From contig CAVYQE010000011.1 in assembly GCA_963770565.1 (NCBI GenBank), positions 544,001 to 608,000 on the forward strand: 64,000 nucleotides of DNA, in the 5' to 3' direction. The DNA comes from an uncultured Actinomycetota bacterium. GTDB lineage: Bacteria; Actinomycetota; Actinomycetes; JAFAQI01. A program made the translations under genes and the position numbers. Positions within the stretch are counted from its first letter, which is position 1, and the number at the start of each line of letters is the position of its first letter. Under the pieces are notes generated by a model. The model saw nothing but the letters and a program-made list of their open reading frames with translations, did no database searches and was not told where the DNA came from. Shown here one piece after another: positions 58,679 through 64,000 of the stretch.

Positions 58679-60169
58679 ATGCAGACGTTGATCGCGCATT
58701 GGATTGGTGGAAAGCAGGCGCCGAGCGAATCGGGCCGGACCTCGCCGGTGTTCAACCCGGCGACGGGGGAGCAGACCGGGTCGGTCGGCCTGGCAAGCGC
58801 CGCGGAGGTCGATGCCGCCGTAGCGGTCGCCAAGGAAGCGGCGCGGGAGTGGCGGACCGCTTCGCTGTCGAAGCGCGCGGCCATCCTGTTCGAGTTCCGT
58901 GAGCTGCTGCACCGCCGCCAGACCGAGCTGGCCGCCATCGTGACGAGCGAGCACGGCAAGGTCCTCGCGGACGCGCTTGGTGAGGTCGCTCGTGGCCTGG
59001 AGAACGTCGAGTTCGCGACCGGGGTCCCGCAGCTGCTCAAGGGCGGCTTCTCCGAGCAGGCCTCGACCGATGTCGACGTGTACTCGATCCGCCAGCCGCT
59101 GGGGGTGGTGGCCGGGATCACGCCGTTCAACTTCCCGGCGATGGTGCCGCTGTGGATGTGCGCGAACGCGATCGCGGCCGGCAACGCCTTCGTGCTCAAG
59201 CCGAGCGAGAAGGACCCATCGGCGTCGTTGTTCCTGGCCCAGCTCTGGAAGGACGCGGGTCTGCCCGACGGCGTGTTCAACGTGGTGCAGGGTGACAAGG
59301 AGGCGGTCGACCGGCTGCTGACCCACCCGGACATCGCCGCGGTGAGCTTCGTCGGGTCCACGCCGATCGCCCGCTACATCTACGAGACCGGTACGGCGCA
59401 CGGCAAGCGGGTCCAGGCGCTCGGCGGTGCCAAGAACCACATGCTGGTGCTGCCGGACGCGGACGTCGACATGGCCGCCGATGCCGCGGTCTCAGCGGCG
59501 TACGGCGCGGCCGGAGAGCGGTGCATGGCGATCTCGGTGGCGGTTGCCGTCGGCGACGTGGGCGACCGTCTTGTCGATGCCATCGCCGCGCGGCTGCCGA
59601 AGCTCACGATCGGCAACGGCGCCGATCCCGACACCGACATGGGGCCGCTGATCACCGCGGAGCACCGCGACAAGGTCGCCGGCTACATCGCCGCCGGCGC
59701 CGAGGCCGGCGCGCGCGTGGTGGTGGACGGCCGCGAGGCGCAGTTGCCCGAGGCCGGTTTCTTCCTCGGCACCACGTTGCTCGACAACGTCACCACCGAG
59801 ATGTCCGTCTACGTCGACGAGATCTTCGGTCCGGTCCTCGCGGTCGTGCGGGCCGACACCTATGAGGACGGGCTCGAGGTGATCAACTCGAACCCGTACG
59901 CCAACGGGGCCGCGATCTTCACCCGCGACGGCGGCGCCGCTCGACGGTTCCAGTTCGACGTCGAGGTCGGGATGGTCGGGGTCAACGTCCCGATTCCGGT
60001 GCCGGTCGCGTACTACTCCTTCGGCGGCTGGAAGGCCTCGCTGTTCGGCGACCAGCACATGTACGGCCCGGAGGGCATCAACTTCTACACCCGGGGCAAG
60101 GTCGTGACGTCGCGCTGGCCGGATCCGGCCGACTCGATGGTCGACCTCGGCTTCCCCCGCACGCGATGA
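58679..60169 (+). CDS. mmsA: CoA-acylating methylmalonate-semialdehyde dehydrogenase
   Basis: ITPFNFPAMVPLW, LKPSEKDP, FVGST, GGAKNH, GERCMA, EIFGPVL, MVGVNVPIPVP. Confidence 0.96.
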   Translation: MQTLIAHWIGGKQAPSESGRTSPVFNPATGEQTGSVGLASAAEVDAAVAVAKEAAREWRTASLSKRAAILFEFRELLHRRQTELAAIVTSEHGKVLADALGEVARGLENVEFATGVPQLLKGGFSEQASTDVDVYSIRQPLGVVAGITPFNFPAMVPLWMCANAIAAGNAFVLKPSEKDPSASLFLAQLWKDAGLPDGVFNVVQGDKEAVDRLLTHPDIAAVSFVGSTPIARYIYETGTAHGKRVQALGGAKNHMLVLPDADVDMAADAAVSAAYGAAGERCMAISVAVAVGDVGDRLVDAIAARLPKLTIGNGADPDTDMGPLITAEHRDKVAGYIAAGAEAGARVVVDGREAQLPEAGFFLGTTLLDNVTTEMSVYVDEIFGPVLAVVRADTYEDGLEVINSNPYANGAAIFTRDGGAARRFQFDVEVGMVGVNVPIPVPVAYYSFGGWKASLFGDQHMYGPEGINFYTRGKVVTSRWPDPADSMVDLGFPRTR

Positions 60170-61550
60170 CCGAGTTGATGCCGGCCCGGGCCGGCGAGAC
60201 CCTCGACGAGGCGCAGGTCCGCGCGCTCGACCGCGCCCACGTGTTCCACTCGTGGTCGGCGCAGGCGCTGATCGACCCGCTGCCGATCGCCGGTGCGCTG
60301 AGGGTCGCTGCTTCTGGGACTACGACGGCCGGCGCTACCTCGACTTCTCCTCGCCAGCTGGTCAACGTCAACATCGGCTACCAGCACCCCAAGCTGGTCG
60401 CCGCGATCCAGGCCCAGGCGGCCAACGCTCTGCACGATCGCACCGTCGTTCGCCAACGACGCGCGCAGCGAGGCGGCCCGGCTGATCGCGGAGCTCGCCC
60501 CCGGGGATCTCAACCAGGTCTTCTTCACCAACGGCGGCGCCGAGGCCAACGAGAACGCGATCCGGATGGCCCGGCTGCACACCGGGCGGCACAAGGTGTT
60601 CGCGGCGTACCGCAGCTACCACGGCGCCACCGCCGGCGCGATCGCGCTGACCGGCGACCCGCGGCGCTGGGCCGTCCGAGCCGGGCATTCCCGGGCATCG
60701 TCCGCTTCTGGGGCCCGTACCCGTACCGGTCGGCGTTCCACTCGGCCGACGCGGCCGAGGAGTCGGCAGCGCGCGCTGCAGCACCTGCGCGACCTGATCA
60801 TGGTCGAGGGGCCGCACACGATCGCCGCGATCATCCTCGAGACGGTCGTCGGCACGAACGGCATCCTCGTGCCGCCGCGACGGGCTACCTGGCCGGCGTC
60901 CGGGCGATCTGCGACGAGTTCGGGATCATGATGATCGCCGACGAGGTGATGGCCGGCTTCGGCCGCTGCGGGCGAGTGGTTCGCGGTCGACCACTGGGGC
61001 GTCACGCCCGACCTGATCACCTTCGCGAAGGGCGTGAACTCCGGCTACGTCCCGCTCGGCGGCGTGATCATCTCCGACGCGATCGCCGCGTCGTTCCAGA
61101 CCAGCGCTCTACCCCGGTGGCCTCACCTACTCGGGGCACCCGCTGGCGTGCGCGTCGGCGGTGGCCTCGATCGGGATCTTCCGTGAGGAAGGGATCATCG
61201 AGAACGCCCGGCGGATCGGGACCGAGGTGCTCGGGCCCGGCCTCGACGCACTCGCCGAGCGGCACCCGTCGATCGGCGAGGTGCGCGGGCTCGGCGTGTT
61301 CTGGGCGGTCGAGCTGGTCCGCGACCGGCGGACCCGGGAGCCGCTGGTGCCGTTCAACGCCGGTGGCCCGGCGGCCGCGCCGATGGCGGAGTTCACCGCG
61401 GCCTGCAAGGAGCGCGGGCTCTGGCCGTTCGTGCACTTCAACCGAACGCATGTCGTCCCGCCCTGCACGGTCACCGACGACGAGGCCCGCGAGGGACTTC
61501 AGATCCTCGACGAGGCGCTCGAGGTCGCGGACCGCTACTACACCGGCTGA
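60166..61550 (+). CDS. Class III PLP aminotransferase (multiple frameshifts as assembled)
   Basis: HVFHSWSAQ, FWDYDG..YLDFSS, FTNGGAEANENA, SYHGAT, IADEVMAGFGR, PDLITFAKG, GEVRGLG across frames; ATGA overlap with mmsA. Confidence 0.88.
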
Positions 61551-61677
61551 CCGATCCGCGGATCTGGTGATCATCGCCGCGGGTCTTGTGTCAGACTGGT
61601 CGGCATCTAGCGCGCCTGGATCTGACCCGGACCCTGTGCTCCTCGCCGCTTGGCAACGCCAGGCGAAGGTGGCAAGC

Positions 61678-62001
61678 GTGACAAAGCGACGTGACTCGAA
61701 GATCGACCCCTACCCTCCCGATCCGGCTGCTCTGCCGCGCTGGGATGTCCCGCCCCGGGTCACCCGGGGCGATGCACGATCGGTTTCGTGCCTGTACTGC
61801 GCGGCCGCGATTCCGGCCAGTGCGTTCGTCTACTGGACGCGCAAGACCCGGCTGTTGTCCGCGGACTGCCCCGAGTGCACCCGTCGTACGACGTTGGCGG
61901 TGCGCGGGCTCGGTCCGCTCCTGCTGCCGGCTGAACGCGGGATCACGGTCGTGCTGTCGCGATCAACGCTCGAACTGGTGGATGCTCACCCGGCGGGTTG
62001 A
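61678..62001 (+). CDS. Small putative zinc-finger protein
   Basis: CLYC ... CPEC pairs; start uncertain. Confidence 0.5.
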   Translation: MTKRRDSKIDPYPPDPAALPRWDVPPRVTRGDARSVSCLYCAAAIPASAFVYWTRKTRLLSADCPECTRRTTLAVRGLGPLLLPAERGITVVLSRSTLELVDAHPAG

Positions 62002-62005
62002 GCGC

Positions 62006-64000
62006 TCAGCCTGCCGCCCGACGGGCGACCGCGGGTGCGCGCAGCGCCGGGTCCGCGTGGTGCGGCATCGGCCGGCCCAGCAGGTAGCCCTGCGCGAGCG
62101 TGACGCCGAGTTGTTGCAGGAGCGTGGCCTGCTGCTCGGTCTCCACGCCCTCGATCACGAGCTTGAGCCCGCAGCCGGTGGTCAGCTCGACCATCGCGCG
62201 GACGATGTGTTCGCTGATCGGCTCTAGGCCGAGCCCGGTCACGAAGCTGCGATCGACCTTGACGATGTCGATCGAAGGGAAGCGCTGGAGGTAGCCGAGG
62301 CCGGCGTACCCGGTGCCGAAGTCGTCAATCGCGAGCGAGACGCCGAGCGCGCGAAGTCGGTCGAGCAACGCCGGTCCGTCCGGTCGTGAGAGCAGCCGGT
62401 CCTCGGTCAGCTCGAGCACGAGGTCCCGCGGGTCGAGATCGGCCTCGGCGAGGCAGCTGCGGACCATGTCCGGCAGGTCGCTTCGCCCGACCTGCAGCGA
62501 GCTGATGTTCACCGAGACGGTCCGGGCGCGGCCGGACTGCGTGCTGGCGTCGAGGCAGGCCTGCCGGAGCACCCAGTCGGTGACCGGCGTCTCGTACTCG
62601 CTGTCGAGAATCACATCCAGGAACTCGGCCGGCATCAGCAGGCCGCGCTCGGGGTGCTGCCAGCGCAGCAGCGCCTCACGGCCCATGATCGTGCGGTCCT
62701 CGAGCCGGACGATCGGCTGGTAGTGCAGGACGAACTGCCCGTGTTCGAGGGCCGGCCCGACGTCGTTGCGGAGTTGGAGCTCGGCGGCCGCTGAGGTCCG
62801 CATCGTGGGGTCGTAGACGTACCACGCCCCGCGCTCCTCGAGCTTGGCCCGGTACATCGCGGTGTCGGCCTGCGCCAGCATCTCGTCCGCCGTCGTCGCG
62901 GTACCCGCGCCGTACGCGATCCCGAGCGACAGCGACGGGGTGAAGCTCACGCCACCGAGGCGCAGCGGCTGGCGCACTCCCTCGACCACCCGGGCGGCCA
63001 GGCTGATCACCTCGACCTGGGACCGCACCCCGCGCACGATGACGACGAACTCGTCTCCGCTCAGGCGGCCGACGATGTCTTCCTCGCGAACACTGGCCCG
63101 GATCCGGCGGCTGACCTCACGGATGTAGGCGTCGCCGACCGCGTGGCCGTGGCCGTCGTTCACCAGCTTCAGCCGGTCGAGGTCGCAGAAGAAGATTGCC
63201 GTCACCGAGTCCGGGCTGGCCTCGGCGCTCAAGGCCTCTTGGAGGCGCAGCATCGAGAGCGCCCGGTTCGGCAACCCGGTCAGTGCGTCGAAGTGCGCCT
63301 GCTGGACCAGCCGCTCCTCGACCCGTTTTCGGTCGGTGACGTCCTCGACCTGCGCGATGACCGTGCTGGGCTCGTCGACGCCGTCCAGCGAGGCCAGGTG
63401 GAGCCGGCCCCAGACGATGTTGCCGTCCGGGAGCATGTACCGCGACTCCAGCGGGAAGCCCTTGGCCGACTCGACCGGCCGGCCGGTGATCGGGCTGGTC
63501 AGCGAGAGCAGTCGGGCCGGGATCACGTCGTCGGGGTGCATGAACTCGGTCAGGCGGTGCCCCACCAGATCGGCCGGTGACCGCGACAGGAATGCACAGA
63601 AGGCCGCATTGACGCTGGAGAACCGGCTGTCCTCGTCGAGGAGGGCGATCGCGACCGGGCTGGTGTCGAACACCGACTGGAAGCGCCGGACGCCGCGCCG
63701 GCTGTCGGCGGCGAGGGTGGCGTGCTGGATCGCGAGCGATGCGGTGACGGCGAACGCCTCGAGCGCGCGCCGGGTCGCCGGACCGGGCCGCTTGCCGTCG
63801 CGGGGGACGTCGACCGAGAGCATGCCGAGGTGGCGGCCGTCGGAGGACTCCAGCGGCGCGAACAGCGCGTCCTCCGGGTGCCAGGCGTCGGGGTCGTCGG
63901 AGACCGGAAGGTCGGGAACCCAGGAGAAGATGTCGGCCGGGTCCTCGACTGAGGTCGCGTGGTCGAGGAAGCGCAGCCGCCCCCACGGCTCGCTGGCGGC
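62006..64000 (-). CDS. GAF-PAS-GGDEF-EAL protein (5'-truncated by window edge)
   Basis: Frame open to 64000; WHPEDALFAPL..LGMLSVD GAF; PAS/PAC; DALTGLPNR, RxxD plus SGDEF; EALLRW, DDFGTG, EGVET. Confidence 0.93.
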   Translation of the reverse strand, partial: AASEPWGRLRFLDHATSVEDPADIFSWVPDLPVSDDPDAWHPEDALFAPLESSDGRHLGMLSVDVPRDGKRPGPATRRALEAFAVTASLAIQHATLAADSRRGVRRFQSVFDTSPVAIALLDEDSRFSSVNAAFCAFLSRSPADLVGHRLTEFMHPDDVIPARLLSLTSPITGRPVESAKGFPLESRYMLPDGNIVWGRLHLASLDGVDEPSTVIAQVEDVTDRKRVEERLVQQAHFDALTGLPNRALSMLRLQEALSAEASPDSVTAIFFCDLDRLKLVNDGHGHAVGDAYIREVSRRIRASVREEDIVGRLSGDEFVVIVRGVRSQVEVISLAARVVEGVRQPLRLGGVSFTPSLSLGIAYGAGTATTADEMLAQADTAMYRAKLEERGAWYVYDPTMRTSAAAELQLRNDVGPALEHGQFVLHYQPIVRLEDRTIMGREALLRWQHPERGLLMPAEFLDVILDSEYETPVTDWVLRQACLDASTQSGRARTVSVNISSLQVGRSDLPDMVRSCLAEADLDPRDLVLELTEDRLLSRPDGPALLDRLRALGVSLAIDDFGTGYAGLGYLQRFPSIDIVKVDRSFVTGLGLEPISEHIVRAMVELTTGCGLKLVIEGVETEQQATLLQQLGVTLAQGYLLGRPMPHHADPALRAPAVARRAAG

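Noticed and set aside
60166-62001. 611-aa ORF as a single protein
   Set aside because: Chimera of aminotransferase fragments, out-of-frame sequence and a downstream CxxC ORF

Overview
GC-rich actinobacterial chromosomal window (mycothiol-dependent dehydrogenase, glnE, many leaderless-type promoters), probably from a long-read assembly because three segments carry dense single-base indels. The housekeeping core is ppk1-CYTH/CHAD-mutT1, mgsA, mscR, panB-nadE-glnA2-GATase-glnE and mmsA plus a class III aminotransferase. It is interspersed with accessory modules: three two-component systems, two ABC exporters, a KimA-like permease fused to an OB-fold, glycan enzymes, a serpin and secreted beta-helix proteins. 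I found no rRNA, tRNA, CRISPR array, transposase or integrase. Most notable: (1) a stand-alone small membrane protein that is a near-exact copy of the sensor domain of the adjacent histidine kinase, with only synonymous differences; (2) three families of REP-like palindromic repeats, one bracketing a 6.5-kb TCS/ABC module in inverted orientation and several supplying stop codons; (3) a KdpDE-like pair facing a KimA-OB permease across KdpE-like boxes; (4) a histone H1-like protein made only of pentapeptide repeats; (5) a bulged-A hairpin resembling the pan RNA motif before panB; (6) PHO-like and DnaA boxes upstream of ppk1. All calls were made by eye from motifs; no database search was run.
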